NCBI RefSeq assembly: GCF_002854065.1
Contig: NZ_CP024147.1
Source of the DNA: Escherichia coli
GTDB taxonomy: Bacteria > Pseudomonadota > Gammaproteobacteria > Enterobacterales > Enterobacteriaceae
Strand: one strand, 5' to 3'
Length of the DNA: 64,000 nt
Within the stretch, counting starts at the first letter, position 1, and every line of letters begins with the position of its first letter. Position numbers and translations under genes: made by a program. The notes beneath the pieces were generated by a model. It made no database searches. It had not been told where the DNA came from and saw only the letters and a list, made by a program, of their open reading frames with translations. Shown here piece by piece: positions 28,243 to 41,469 of the stretch.

Positions 28243-29166
28243 GTGAAAAAATTACGTATCGGCGTAGTGGGATTAGGCGGCATTGCGCAAAAAGCGTGGT
28301 TACCGGTGCTGGCGGCAGCGTCTGACTGGACGTTACAAGGAGCCTGGTCGCCTACGCGCGCGAAAGCCCTGCCAATTTGTGAAAGCTGGCGCATTCCTTA
28401 TGCCGATTCGTTATCCAGCCTTGCCGCCAGTTGCGATGCGGTTTTTGTACATTCCAGCACCGCCAGTCACTTTGACGTGGTCAGTACGTTACTCAATGCG
28501 GGGGTACATGTCTGTGTCGATAAACCGCTGGCAGAAAATCTGCGCGATGCTGAACGGCTGGTGGAACTGGCGGCGCGGAAAAAACTGACGTTGATGGTCG
28601 GTTTTAACCGTCGTTTCGCACCACTCTACGGTGAGTTAAAAACGCAACTCGCCACCGCAGCCTCGCTAAGAATGGATAAACATCGTAGCAATAGCGTCGG
28701 GCCACACGATCTTTATTTCACGTTGCTGGATGATTATCTGCATGTGGTGGATACCGCGCTGTGGTTGTCGGGCGGCAAAGCCTCTCTGGATGGCGGTACG
28801 CTACTGACTAACGACGCTGGCGAAATGCTGTTTGCCGAGCACCATTTTTCGGCCGGTCCTTTGCAGATCACCACCTGTATGCATCGCCGTGCCGGAAGTC
28901 AGCGTGAAACCGTGCAGGCCGTGACTGACGGTGCGCTGATCGACATTACGGAAATGCGCGAATGGCGTGAGGAGCGTGGGCAGGGTGTAGTGAATAAACC
29001 GATTCCTGGTTGGCAGAGCACGCTTGAGCAACGTGGATTTGTCGGCTGTGCGCGGCACTTCATTGAATGTGTGCAAAATCAGACAGTTCCGCAAACCGCC
29101 GGCGAACAGGCCGTGCTGGCGCAACGTATCGTTGACAAGATCTGGCGCGATGCGATGAGTGAATAA
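28243..29166 (+). CDS. yceM: Gfo/Idh/MocA-family oxidoreductase YceM (MviM), 307 aa
   Basis: GTG start at 28243 after GGGAGA; N-terminal Rossmann motif VKKLRIGVVGLGGIAQKA. Confidence 0.85.
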   Translation: MKKLRIGVVGLGGIAQKAWLPVLAAASDWTLQGAWSPTRAKALPICESWRIPYADSLSSLAASCDAVFVHSSTASHFDVVSTLLNAGVHVCVDKPLAENLRDAERLVELAARKKLTLMVGFNRRFAPLYGELKTQLATAASLRMDKHRSNSVGPHDLYFTLLDDYLHVVDTALWLSGGKASLDGGTLLTNDAGEMLFAEHHFSAGPLQITTCMHRRAGSQRETVQAVTDGALIDITEMREWREERGQGVVNKPIPGWQSTLEQRGFVGCARHFIECVQNQTVPQTAGEQAVLAQRIVDKIWRDAMSE

Positions 29167-29188
29167 ACCCTGTAACATCTGGCGGTAG

Positions 29189-30811
<1,623 letters not shown>

Positions 30812-30850
30812 CAATGCATTCCGGCCTGCAGTGCAGGCCGGAGATAATCT

Positions 30851-31267
30851 TCAGATCGAAATCTTTTTACTGCCGCGATGGGTTGTTGAGGTCTGACCGT
30901 TCGCCCCATATAGCGTCGGTTCCTGATGCGGTTTCAACATTTCCAGCGCCTGTTGATTGCGCTCAATCTGTCCTTCCAGTAACCAGCCGTTATGTTGATT
31001 CATTTGGCGTAGTTGCTGCGTTTTCACAGCAATTTCCTGCCAGCGTTGACTAACATCAACGCTATTTGCTGTATTGGGTTCTTTCCTGCGTAACTGTTCG
31101 AGGTAATCCAACGTTGCCAGCAGTGAGCTTTTTTGTTCTGTAATCCATTGCAACTGGCTGCCGTTGATCTGCCCCATAGAGAGATGTTGCTGCTCTTGAT
31201 CCATTACCGTTTTGAGATCGTTAAGCACAGCGGACATCTGGTCGAGGATCTCTGCAAGACGCGTCAT
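30851..31267 (-). CDS. flgN: Flagellar export chaperone FlgN, 138 aa
   Basis: Full-length; downstream of flgM in the same orientation. Confidence 0.95.
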   Translation of the reverse strand: MTRLAEILDQMSAVLNDLKTVMDQEQQHLSMGQINGSQLQWITEQKSSLLATLDYLEQLRRKEPNTANSVDVSQRWQEIAVKTQQLRQMNQHNGWLLEGQIERNQQALEMLKPHQEPTLYGANGQTSTTHRGSKKISI

Positions 31268-31271
31268 ACGA

Positions 31272-31565
31272 TTAATTACTCTGCAAGTCTTGCTTCGCTT
31301 CGTTGATCAGCGCATCGGCAATTTTGCCGGTGTCCATTTTTAGTTCACCGTTACGAATCGCCAGTTTTAACGCTTCGACACGTTCAAGATTGATATCACT
31401 GCTGCCGGGTTGCATCAGTTTTGCTTGTGCGTCGCTTAACGTCACACTGGTGCTGGTGGAGGCTGTTGTTTTTGCCGCCCGGGTGTTCGTTACCGGCGCG
31501 TCAGTGGTTTCGCGCGGTTGAACGGTGCTTACGGGCTTCAGAGGCGAAGTGCGATCAATACTCAT
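31272..31565 (-). CDS. flgM: Anti-sigma-28 factor FlgM, 97 aa
   Basis: Full-length [27 protein letters not shown]... Confidence 0.95.
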   Translation of the reverse strand: MSIDRTSPLKPVSTVQPRETTDAPVTNTRAAKTTASTSTSVTLSDAQAKLMQPGSSDINLERVEALKLAIRNGELKMDTGKIADALINEAKQDLQSN

Positions 31566-31608
31566 GGTTTATTCCTCATTGAGGGCGCTTTTATCATGTG
31601 TTGCTTAT

Positions 31609-31635
31609 TTATCGGCAAGGGACGGGTAATCTTTA
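31609..31635 (-). promoter_or_regulatory. Sigma-28 (FliA) class 3 promoter of flgMN
   Basis: Minus strand reads TAAAGATT-N11-GCCGATAA, a near-perfect match to TAAAGTTT-N11-GCCGATAA. Confidence 0.7.
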
Positions 31636-31640
31636 ACAGC

Positions 31641-32300
31641 TTACAGGTTTATAAGAATATTCCCATCTGCATCAACAACGCCGCTGACTACCTGTCCAGA
31701 TACCATGCGCACCCGCGCATTCTGTGCGACGGCTGCATTGTTAAGCGCCTGACCTTCTGCGTTGGCGCTAAACCCATCACCGCTGGCGATCACGTTGACG
31801 CGTTGTCCCGCTTTTACCCGCCATGCCTGGCGAAACTGGGTTAACTGGATAGGTTGATCGGGTGATAGATCGCGCAGGCTAACGGCATCAACAAGTTGAT
31901 TGATATCCAGCACCGTACGCGGCGGCAGGGTATCCAGCCGTCCGCGTTTTAGTTTGACATTGCCAGCTTCCAGCTTTCCTCCCCGCACAATGGGCATCGC
32001 GGCAACCACATAATTTCCTGTGGCCTGCACATTAACCTGTAAATATCGTTTGTCGTTACCGCAGCGTGCCAACACATTCACATTGCCCCACAGGCGGGAA
32101 TTATTGCTCATCGAAAGCAATGGCTGCTCGCACGGCGGTAGTAGATTGGGCGCTGTACGAATAGAAACACGAACCTCATCACTTACCCCCGCGAGTTGGG
32201 CGCTAAAAAAGTTGTGCAATTGCGATGTGAGATTGCTCGCCGTGCTTAACGGACTGAACAGTATCGCGATGATCGCCACGCTACGTTTTATTGTCAGCAT
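31641..32300 (-). CDS. flgA: Flagellar P-ring assembly chaperone FlgA, 219 aa
   Basis: Full-length with signal peptide; divergent from flgB. Confidence 0.95.
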   Translation of the reverse strand: MLTIKRSVAIIAILFSPLSTASNLTSQLHNFFSAQLAGVSDEVRVSIRTAPNLLPPCEQPLLSMSNNSRLWGNVNVLARCGNDKRYLQVNVQATGNYVVAAMPIVRGGKLEAGNVKLKRGRLDTLPPRTVLDINQLVDAVSLRDLSPDQPIQLTQFRQAWRVKAGQRVNVIASGDGFSANAEGQALNNAAVAQNARVRMVSGQVVSGVVDADGNILINL

Positions 32301-32454
32301 TTTCGCCCCCAGCCATTTCTACAACGTGAATTGTACCTGTCCGCAATGACCATCAACGGCATAAATAGCGACCCATTTTGCGTTTATTCCGCCGATAACG
32401 CGCGCGTAAAGGCATTTAAGCTGATGGCAGAATTTTGATACCTGCGGAGGAGAT
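32301..32454. promoter_or_regulatory. flgA/flgB divergent class 2 promoter region with FlhD4C2-box-like inverted repeat
   Basis: Imperfect inverted repeat AAATAGCG-N10-CGTTTATT at about 32363..32388 resembling an FlhDC box; a GCCGATAA motif at 32391..32398 lacks a convincing -35. Confidence 0.5.
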
Positions 32455-32871
32455 ATGCTCGATAAGCTCGACGCCGCCTTACGTTTTCAACAAGAGGCGC
32501 TCAATCTGCGCGCCCAGCGTCAGGAAGTGCTGGCAGCAAACATCGCCAATGCCGATACCCCTGGTTATCAGGCGCGCGATATCGATTTTGCCAGTGAACT
32601 TAAAAAAGTCATGCAACGTGGACGGGATGCAACCAGTGTGGTTGCTCTGACGATGACCTCAACGCAACACATTCCGGCGCAGGCGCTGACGCCTCCTACC
32701 GCAGAACTGCAATACCGTATTCCGGACCAGCCTTCGCTTGACGGTAATACCGTCGATATGGATCGCGAACGCACCCAGTTTGCCGATAACAGCCTGCAAT
32801 ACCAGATGAGCCTTAGTGCGTTGAGCGGGCAAATCAAAGGCATGATGAACGTTTTACAGAGCGGAAATTAA
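32455..32871 (+). CDS. flgB: Flagellar proximal rod protein FlgB, 138 aa
   Basis: Full-length; rod-family N-terminal heptad region. Confidence 0.95.
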
Positions 32872-32874
32872 CGG

Positions 32875-33279
32875 ATGGCACTGCTGAATATTTTTGATAT
32901 CGCCGGATCGGCGTTAACTGCCCAGTCCCAGCGCCTGAACGTGGCGGCCAGTAATCTGGCGAATGCTGATAGCGTGACCGGTCCCGATGGACAGCCATAT
33001 CGGGCAAAACAGGTGGTATTCCAGGTTAACGCTGGACCAGGTGCTGCGACAGGCGGCGTAAAGGTTGCCGATGTTATAGAAAGTCAGGCCCCGGACAAAC
33101 TGGTTTATGAACCGGGTAATCCGCTGGCGGATGCAAAGGGCTACGTAAAAATGCCGAACGTTGATGTTGTCGGAGAGATGGTTAACACCATGTCGGCGTC
33201 ACGCAGCTATCAGGCCAATGTTGAAGTGCTCAACACGGTGAAAAGCATGATGCTGAAAACCCTTACGCTCGGTCAATAA
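32875..33279 (+). CDS. flgC: Flagellar proximal rod protein FlgC, 134 aa
   Basis: Full-length; ANADS rod motif. Confidence 0.95.
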   Translation: MALLNIFDIAGSALTAQSQRLNVAASNLANADSVTGPDGQPYRAKQVVFQVNAGPGAATGGVKVADVIESQAPDKLVYEPGNPLADAKGYVKMPNVDVVGEMVNTMSASRSYQANVEVLNTVKSMMLKTLTLGQ

Positions 33280-33290
33280 AGGAGAAAGCT

Positions 33291-33986
33291 ATGTCCATTG
33301 TGGTAACCACCACCGATCCGACAAATATCGGCGTCAGTATCACCAGCAGTAGTTCGCTCACGGGCAGCAACGCCGCAGATTTACAAAGCAGTTTTCTGAC
33401 TTTGTTGGTGGCGCAGCTGAAAAACCAGGACCCGACCAATCCAATGGAAAACAACGAGCTGACGTCGCAATTGGCACAAATCAGCACGGTCAGCGGGATT
33501 GAAAAACTCAATACCACGCTCGGATCTATTTCCGGACAGATTGATAACAGCCAGTCGTTACAGGCCAGTAACCTGATCGGTCACGGCGTGATGATCCCCG
33601 GCACCACTGTTCTTGCGGGAACCGGCAGTGAAGAAGGGGCTGTGACCACGACCACGCCGTTTGGTGTTGAGCTGCAACAGGCGGCAGACAAAGTTACGGC
33701 CACCATCACCGATAAAAATGGCGCGGTTGTGCGCACCATTGATATTGGTGAACTGATCGCCGGAGTCCACAGTTTCACCTGGGACGGTACGTTGACTGAC
33801 GGCAGCACTGCGCCGAACGGTTCTTACAACGTAGCGATTAGCGCCAGTAACGGTGGTACACAACTGGTTGCCCAGCCGCTGCAGTTTGCTCTGGTGCAGG
33901 GTGTGATCCGCGGCAACAACGGTAATACGCTGGATCTCGGCACTTACGGCACCACCACCCTCGACGAAGTACGGCAGATAATTTAA
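33291..33986 (+). CDS. flgD: Flagellar hook capping/scaffold protein FlgD, 231 aa
   Basis: Full-length. Confidence 0.95.
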   Translation: MSIVVTTTDPTNIGVSITSSSSLTGSNAADLQSSFLTLLVAQLKNQDPTNPMENNELTSQLAQISTVSGIEKLNTTLGSISGQIDNSQSLQASNLIGHGVMIPGTTVLAGTGSEEGAVTTTTPFGVELQQAADKVTATITDKNGAVVRTIDIGELIAGVHSFTWDGTLTDGSTAPNGSYNVAISASNGGTQLVAQPLQFALVQGVIRGNNGNTLDLGTYGTTTLDEVRQII

Positions 33987-34010
33987 GCCTTCACATTTCA
34001 GGAGTCAGTC

Positions 34011-35219
34011 ATGGCCTTTTCTCAAGCGGTTAGCGGATTAAACGCTGCCGCCACCAACCTCGATGTTATTGGCAACAATATCGCCAACTCCGCCACCTAC
34101 GGCTTTAAATCAGGCACGGCCTCTTTTGCCGATATGTTTGCCGGTTCGAAAGTGGGATTGGGGGTAAAAGTTGCCGGTATCACTCAGGACTTTACCGATG
34201 GCACGACCACCAACACCGGGCGTGGTCTGGACGTTGCTATCAGCCAGAACGGTTTTTTCCGTCTGGTAGACAGCAACGGTTCGGTGTTCTACAGCCGTAA
34301 CGGACAATTTAAGCTGGATGAGAACCGTAACCTGGTGAATATGCAAGGTTTACAGCTGACGGGTTACCCGGCAACCGGTACGCCGCCGACTATTCAGCAA
34401 GGGGCGAATCCGACCAATATTTCGATCCCGAATACCCTGATGGCAGCGAAAACTACCACCACGGCGTCGATGCAGATCAACTTGAATTCCAGTGATCCGC
34501 TTCCCTCTGTTAACGCATTCGATGCCAGCAATGCGGATAGCTATAACAAAAAAGGTTCGGTGACTGTTTTCGACAGTCAGGGTAATGCTCATGACATGAG
34601 CGTGTACTTTGTGAAGACCGGGGATAATAACTGGGAGGTCTACACCCAGGATAGCAGTGATCCAAACAGCATTGCGAAGATAGCGACAACACTGGAATTT
34701 AATGCTAATGGCACATTAGTGGATGGTGCGATGGCGAATAATATCGCAACCGGCGCAATTAACGGCGCAGACCCCGCCACGTTTAGCCTGAGTTTCCTCA
34801 ACTCCATGCAGCAAAATACCGGCGCTAACAACATTGTGGCAACCACCCAGAACGGCTACAAACCGGGCGATCTGGTGAGTTATCAAATCAATGATGACGG
34901 TACGGTTGTCGGCAACTATTCCAACGAACAAACCCAACTGCTGGGGCAGATTGTACTGGCGAACTTTGCCAACAACGAAGGTCTGGCATCCGAAGGCGAC
35001 AACGTCTGGTCTGCGACGCAATCTTCTGGCGTGGCGCTGTTGGGGACAGCCGGAACGGGCAACTTTGGCACCCTGACCAACGGTGCGTTGGAAGCGTCCA
35101 ACGTCGATCTCAGTAAAGAACTGGTCAATATGATCGTTGCCCAGCGTAACTATCAGTCTAACGCCCAGACCATCAAAACCCAGGACCAGATCCTCAACAC
35201 GCTGGTTAACTTACGCTAA
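34011..35219 (+). CDS. flgE: Flagellar hook protein FlgE, 402 aa
   Basis: MAFSQAVSGLNAAATNLDVIGNNIAN... and conserved C-terminal segment. Confidence 0.95.
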   Translation: MAFSQAVSGLNAAATNLDVIGNNIANSATYGFKSGTASFADMFAGSKVGLGVKVAGITQDFTDGTTTNTGRGLDVAISQNGFFRLVDSNGSVFYSRNGQFKLDENRNLVNMQGLQLTGYPATGTPPTIQQGANPTNISIPNTLMAAKTTTTASMQINLNSSDPLPSVNAFDASNADSYNKKGSVTVFDSQGNAHDMSVYFVKTGDNNWEVYTQDSSDPNSIAKIATTLEFNANGTLVDGAMANNIATGAINGADPATFSLSFLNSMQQNTGANNIVATTQNGYKPGDLVSYQINDDGTVVGNYSNEQTQLLGQIVLANFANNEGLASEGDNVWSATQSSGVALLGTAGTGNFGTLTNGALEASNVDLSKELVNMIVAQRNYQSNAQTIKTQDQILNTLVNLR

Positions 35220-35238
35220 TCGCTGACGGGATAGCTCA

Positions 35239-35994
35239 ATGGATCACGCAATTTATACCGCGATGGGAGCAGCCAGCCAGACGCTGAATCAACAGGCGGT
35301 AACCGCCAGTAATCTGGCCAATGCCTCTACGCCCGGTTTTCGTGCGCAGTTAAACGCCTTGCGCGCAGTGCCGGTGGAAGGGCTTTCACTGCCCACGCGC
35401 ACGCTGGTAACGGCGTCAACACCGGGTGCAGACATGACGCCCGGCAAGATGGATTACACCTCGCGCCCGCTGGACGTTGCATTGCAGCAGGATGGCTGGC
35501 TGGCCGTGCAGACCGCTGACGGCAGCGAAGGGTATACGCGTAATGGCAGCATTCAGGTTGATCCCACCGGGCAACTGACAATTCAGGGGCATCCGGTGAT
35601 AGGCGAGGCGGGGCCAATTGCTGTGCCGGAAGGGGCGGAAATCACGATAGCTGCCGATGGCACAATCTCGGCGCTGAATCCGGGCGATCCGGCAAATACG
35701 GTTGCGCCAGTAGGGCGTCTTAAACTGGTGAAAGCCACGGGCAGCGAAGTGCAGCGCGGTGACGACGGCATTTTTCGTTTAAGCGCAGAAACCCAGGCCA
35801 CGCGTGGGCTTGTACTGCAGGCAGATCCAACTTTGCGTGTGATGTCGGGTGTTCTGGAAGGCAGTAATGTCAATACCGTTGCGGCAATGAGCGACATGAT
35901 TGCCAGCGCGCGGCGTTTTGAAATGCAGATGAAGGTGATCAGCAGCGTCGATGATAACGCAGGCCGTGCCAACCAACTGCTGTCGATGAGTTAA
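35239..35994 (+). CDS. flgF: Flagellar proximal rod protein FlgF, 251 aa
   Basis: Full-length. Confidence 0.95.
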   Translation: MDHAIYTAMGAASQTLNQQAVTASNLANASTPGFRAQLNALRAVPVEGLSLPTRTLVTASTPGADMTPGKMDYTSRPLDVALQQDGWLAVQTADGSEGYTRNGSIQVDPTGQLTIQGHPVIGEAGPIAVPEGAEITIAADGTISALNPGDPANTVAPVGRLKLVKATGSEVQRGDDGIFRLSAETQATRGLVLQADPTLRVMSGVLEGSNVNTVAAMSDMIASARRFEMQMKVISSVDDNAGRANQLLSMS

Positions 35995-36020
35995 TTGAAA
36001 GGATACATGACAAGTATAAG

Positions 36021-36123
<103 letters not shown>

Positions 36124-36147
36124 AAGACATATGCACTTTGTCACTAA

Positions 36148-36948
<801 letters not shown>

Positions 36949-37000
36949 GGCATAACCGGTGGCAGGTTCACCGGTTTATTGATTTTTGAAGATGATAGCC

Positions 37001-37699
37001 ATGCAAAAAAACGCTGCGCATACTTATGCCATTTCCAGCTTGTTGGTGCTTTCACTAACCGGCTGCGCCTGGATACCCTCCACGCCGCTGGTGCAGGGGG
37101 CGACCAGTGCACAACCGGTTCCCGGTCCGACGCCCGTCGCCAACGGTTCTATTTTCCAGTCTGCTCAGCCGATTAACTATGGCTATCAACCGCTGTTTGA
37201 AGATCGTCGACCACGCAATATTGGCGATACGCTGACCATCGTGTTGCAGGAGAACGTCAGCGCCAGCAAAAGCTCCTCTGCGAATGCCAGCCGTGACGGT
37301 AAAACTAATTTTGGCTTTGATACTGTGCCGCGCTATTTGCAGGGGCTGTTTGGTAACGCTCGTGCCGATGTCGAAGCCTCCGGTGGTAACACGTTCAACG
37401 GAAAGGGCGGGGCCAATGCCAGCAATACCTTTAGCGGCACGTTGACGGTGACGGTTGACCAGGTACTGGTCAACGGCAACCTGCATGTGGTGGGTGAAAA
37501 ACAGATTGCCATTAATCAGGGTACCGAATTTATTCGCTTCTCGGGCGTGGTTAATCCACGCACTATCAGCGGCAGCAATACCGTACCGTCTACTCAGGTG
37601 GCGGATGCGCGTATTGAATACGTAGGCAATGGCTACATTAACGAAGCGCAAAATATGGGCTGGTTGCAGCGTTTCTTCCTTAACCTGTCGCCAATGTAA
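37001..37699 (+). CDS. flgH: Flagellar L-ring lipoprotein FlgH, 232 aa
   Basis: ATG at 37001; lipobox LSLTGC. Confidence 0.95.
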
Positions 37700-37710
37700 G
37701 TGAGGCTGTG

Positions 37711-38808
37711 GTGATTAAATTTCTCTCTGCATTAATTCTTCTACTGGTTACGACGGCGGCTCAGGCTGAGCGTATTCGCGATCTCACCAGTGTTCAGGGG
37801 GTAAGGCAAAACTCACTGATTGGCTATGGTCTGGTGGTGGGGCTGGATGGCACCGGTGACCAGACAACCCAGACGCCGTTTACCACACAAACGCTTAATA
37901 ACATGCTCTCACAGCTGGGAATTACCGTTCCGACGGGCACCAATATGCAGCTAAAAAACGTCGCTGCGGTAATGGTGACAGCGTCACTTCCTCCGTTTGG
38001 ACGTCAGGGGCAAACCATCGATGTGGTGGTTTCTTCCATGGGTAATGCCAAAAGCTTGCGTGGAGGTACGTTGTTGATGACACCGCTTAAGGGCGTTGAC
38101 AGTCAGGTGTATGCGCTGGCACAGGGCAATATTCTGGTTGGCGGCGCAGGAGCCTCCGCTGGCGGTAGCAGTGTTCAGGTGAACCAACTGAACGGTGGAC
38201 GGATCACCAATGGTGCGGTTATTGAACGTGAATTGCCCAGCCAGTTTGGCGTCGGGAATACCCTTAATTTGCAACTTAACGACGAAGATTTCAGCATGGC
38301 GCAGCAAATCGCTGACACCATCAACCGCGTGCGTGGATATGGCAGCGCCACCGCGTTAGATGCGCGGACTATTCAGGTGCGCGTACCGAGTGGCAACAGT
38401 TCCCAGGTCCGTTTCCTTGCCGATATCCAGAATATGCAGGTTAATGTCACCCCGCAGGACGCTAAAGTAGTGATTAACTCGCGCACCGGTTCGGTGGTGA
38501 TGAATCGCGAAGTGACCCTCGACAGCTGCGCGGTAGCGCAGGGGAATCTCTCAGTTACAGTCAATCGTCAGGCCAATGTCAGCCAACCAGATACACCGTT
38601 TGGTGGCGGACAGACCGTGGTAACGCCACAAACGCAGATCGACTTACGCCAGAGCGGCGGTTCGCTGCAAAGCGTACGTTCCAGCGCCAGCCTCAATAAC
38701 GTGGTGCGCGCGCTCAATGCGCTGGGCGCTACGCCGATGGATCTGATGTCTATTTTGCAATCAATGCAAAGTGCGGGATGTCTGCGGGCAAAACTGGAAA
38801 TCATCTGA
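37711..38808 (+). CDS. flgI: Flagellar P-ring protein FlgI, 365 aa
   Basis: GTG start at 37711 ([19 protein letters not shown] signal peptide). Confidence 0.93.
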
Positions 38809-39749
38809 TGATCAGCGACAGCAAACTACTGGCAAGTGCGGCCTGGGATGCGCAATCACTCAACGAACTAAAGGCGAAAGCGGGCGAAGATCCGGCGGCA
38901 AATATCCGTCCGGTGGCCCGCCAGGTGGAAGGGATGTTCGTGCAGATGATGTTGAAAAGCATGCGCGACGCTTTACCAAAAGATGGCCTGTTCAGCAGCG
39001 AGCACACTCGCCTGTATACCAGTATGTATGACCAGCAGATTGCCCAACAGATGACGGCGGGCAAAGGTCTGGGGCTTGCAGAGATGATGGTTAAGCAGAT
39101 GACGCCAGAACAACCATTGCCAGAGGAGTCCACGCCAGCAGCACCGATGAAATTCCCGCTCGAAACCGTGGTGCGTTATCAAAATCAGGCGCTTTCGCAG
39201 CTGGTGCAAAAGGCCGTGCCACGTAACTACGATGATTCGCTGCCGGGTGACAGTAAAGCATTCCTCGCGCAACTCTCGCTGCCCGCCCAACTGGCAAGCC
39301 AGCAAAGCGGTGTGCCACATCATTTGATCCTCGCTCAGGCGGCGCTGGAATCTGGTTGGGGGCAACGGCAAATCCGCCGCGAAAACGGCGAGCCGAGCTA
39401 TAACCTGTTTGGCGTCAAAGCCTCTGGCAACTGGAAAGGGCCAGTTACTGAAATCACCACGACTGAATATGAAAATGGCGAAGCGAAGAAAGTAAAAGCG
39501 AAATTTCGGGTCTACAGCTCGTATCTGGAAGCATTGTCGGATTACGTTGGGCTTTTAACCCGTAACCCGCGCTACGCTGCCGTGACGACCGCCGCGAGTG
39601 CGGAACAGGGGGCGCAGGCCCTACAGGACGCGGGCTATGCCACCGATCCTCACTATGCCCGTAAACTCACCAACATGATTCAGCAGATGAAATCGATAAG
39701 CGACAAGGTGAGCAAAACCTACAGCATGAACATTGATAATCTGTTCTGA
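38808..39749 (+). CDS. flgJ: Flagellar rod-cap / peptidoglycan hydrolase FlgJ, 313 aa
   Basis: ATG overlaps the flgI stop by 1 nt (TGATG); C-terminal glucosaminidase domain. Confidence 0.95.
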   Translation: MISDSKLLASAAWDAQSLNELKAKAGEDPAANIRPVARQVEGMFVQMMLKSMRDALPKDGLFSSEHTRLYTSMYDQQIAQQMTAGKGLGLAEMMVKQMTPEQPLPEESTPAAPMKFPLETVVRYQNQALSQLVQKAVPRNYDDSLPGDSKAFLAQLSLPAQLASQQSGVPHHLILAQAALESGWGQRQIRRENGEPSYNLFGVKASGNWKGPVTEITTTEYENGEAKKVKAKFRVYSSYLEALSDYVGLLTRNPRYAAVTTAASAEQGAQALQDAGYATDPHYARKLTNMIQQMKSISDKVSKTYSMNIDNLF

Positions 39750-39754
39750 ATAAC

Positions 39755-39781
39755 TCAAGTCCGGCGGGGCGCTGCCGATAA
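39755..39781 (+). promoter_or_regulatory. Sigma-28 class 3 promoter of flgKL
   Basis: Perfect -10 GCCGATAA at 39774..39781; -35-like TCAAGTCC 11 nt upstream (5/8 match to TAAAGTTT). Confidence 0.5.
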
Positions 39782-39814
39782 TACTCTGTAATTGAAGGCT
39801 TATAAGGAACCTCC

Positions 39815-41458
39815 ATGTCCAGCTTGATCAATAACGCCATGAGCGGACTGAACGCGGCCCAGGCGGCGTTAAATACGGCAAGTAATAATATCTCCAGCTA
39901 TAACGTTGCCGGATATACCCGCCAAACCACTATTATGGCGCAGGCCAATAGCACGTTGGGTGCTGGCGGCTGGGTTGGCAATGGTGTCTACGTTTCTGGT
40001 GTGCAGCGCGAGTATGATGCGTTTATTACCAACCAGTTACGTGCGGCGCAGACGCAAAGTAGCGGCCTGACTGCCCGCTATGAGCAGATGTCGAAAATCG
40101 ACAATATGCTCTCCACCAGTACCTCTTCGCTGGCAACACAGATGCAGGATTTCTTCACCAGCCTGCAAACGCTGGTGAGTAACGCGGAAGACCCGGCAGC
40201 GCGCCAGGCGCTGATTGGGAAATCAGAAGGGTTGGTGAATCAGTTTAAAACCACCGATCAGTATCTTCGCGACCAGGACAAACAGGTCAATATCGCGATA
40301 GGTGCCAGCGTTGATCAGATCAACAATTACGCTAAACAAATCGCCAGCCTGAACGATCAAATCTCCCGCCTGACAGGCGTGGGGGCAGGGGCGTCACCTA
40401 ACAATCTGCTGGATCAACGCGATCAACTGGTGAGCGAATTAAACCAGATTGTTGGTGTAGAAGTCAGCGTGCAGGATGGCGGCACTTATAACATCACGAT
40501 GGCCAATGGTTACTCACTGGTTCAGGGAAGTACGGCTCGGCAACTGGCGGCAGTTCCTTCCAGCGCTGACCCTTCTCGTACGACTGTCGCTTACGTTGAT
40601 GGGACGGCAGGCAATATTGAGATCCCGGAGAAATTGCTGAATACCGGGTCGCTGGGCGGCATTCTGACATTCCGTTCTCAGGATCTGGACCAGACGCGTA
40701 ATACGCTTGGACAACTGGCGCTGGCATTTGCTGAGGCTTTCAACACCCAACACAAAGCCGGATTTGATGCCAACGGCGATGAGGGTGAAGATTTATTTGC
40801 TATCGGTAAGCCCGCGGTTCTGCAAAACACTAAAAACAACGGTAACGTTGCGATCGGTGCCACGGTAACTGATGCCTCCGCGGTACTGGCGACAGATTAC
40901 AAAATCTCGTTCGATAATAATCAGTGGCAGGTCACCCGCCTTGCCAGCAATACCACTTTTACGGTGACGCCGGATGCCAACGGTAAAGTGGCATTTGATG
41001 GTCTGGAGTTGACGTTTACAGGAACGCCTGCCGTTAACGACAGCTTCACGCTGAAACCAGTAAGTGACGCCATCGTCAACATGGATGTATTAATCACCGA
41101 CGAAGCGAAAATAGCGATGGCGAGCGAAGAAGATGCGGGTGATAGCGACAACCGCAACGGTCAGGCCCTGCTGGATCTGCAAAGCAACAGTAAAACGGTG
41201 GGCGGTGCGAAATCCTTTAACGACGCTTATGCCTCGTTAGTGAGTGATATTGGTAATAAAACCGCGACGTTGAAAACCAGTAGCACCACGCAAGGTAATG
41301 TGGTGACGCAGCTTTCCAATCAGCAGCAGTCGATTTCCGGTGTCAATCTCGATGAGGAGTATGGAAATCTGCAACGTTTTCAGCAGTATTACCTGGCGAA
41401 TGCGCAGGTTCTGCAGACGGCAAACGCGATTTTTGATGCACTGATTAACATTCGCTAA
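39815..41458 (+). CDS. flgK: Hook-associated protein 1 FlgK, 547 aa
   Basis: Full-length. Confidence 0.95.
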   Translation: MSSLINNAMSGLNAAQAALNTASNNISSYNVAGYTRQTTIMAQANSTLGAGGWVGNGVYVSGVQREYDAFITNQLRAAQTQSSGLTARYEQMSKIDNMLSTSTSSLATQMQDFFTSLQTLVSNAEDPAARQALIGKSEGLVNQFKTTDQYLRDQDKQVNIAIGASVDQINNYAKQIASLNDQISRLTGVGAGASPNNLLDQRDQLVSELNQIVGVEVSVQDGGTYNITMANGYSLVQGSTARQLAAVPSSADPSRTTVAYVDGTAGNIEIPEKLLNTGSLGGILTFRSQDLDQTRNTLGQLALAFAEAFNTQHKAGFDANGDEGEDLFAIGKPAVLQNTKNNGNVAIGATVTDASAVLATDYKISFDNNQWQVTRLASNTTFTVTPDANGKVAFDGLELTFTGTPAVNDSFTLKPVSDAIVNMDVLITDEAKIAMASEEDAGDSDNRNGQALLDLQSNSKTVGGAKSFNDAYASLVSDIGNKTATLKTSSTTQGNVVTQLSNQQQSISGVNLDEEYGNLQRFQQYYLANAQVLQTANAIFDALINIR

Positions 41459-41469
41459 GGGGAGATAAA

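Noticed and set aside
32391-32398. Perfect sigma-28 -10 element GCCGATAA upstream of flgB as a class 3 promoter
   Set aside because: No acceptable -35 (TAAAGTTT-like) at the required 11-nt spacing; the surrounding inverted repeat looks more like an FlhD4C2 class 2 box, so it is reported only as part of the class 2 region.
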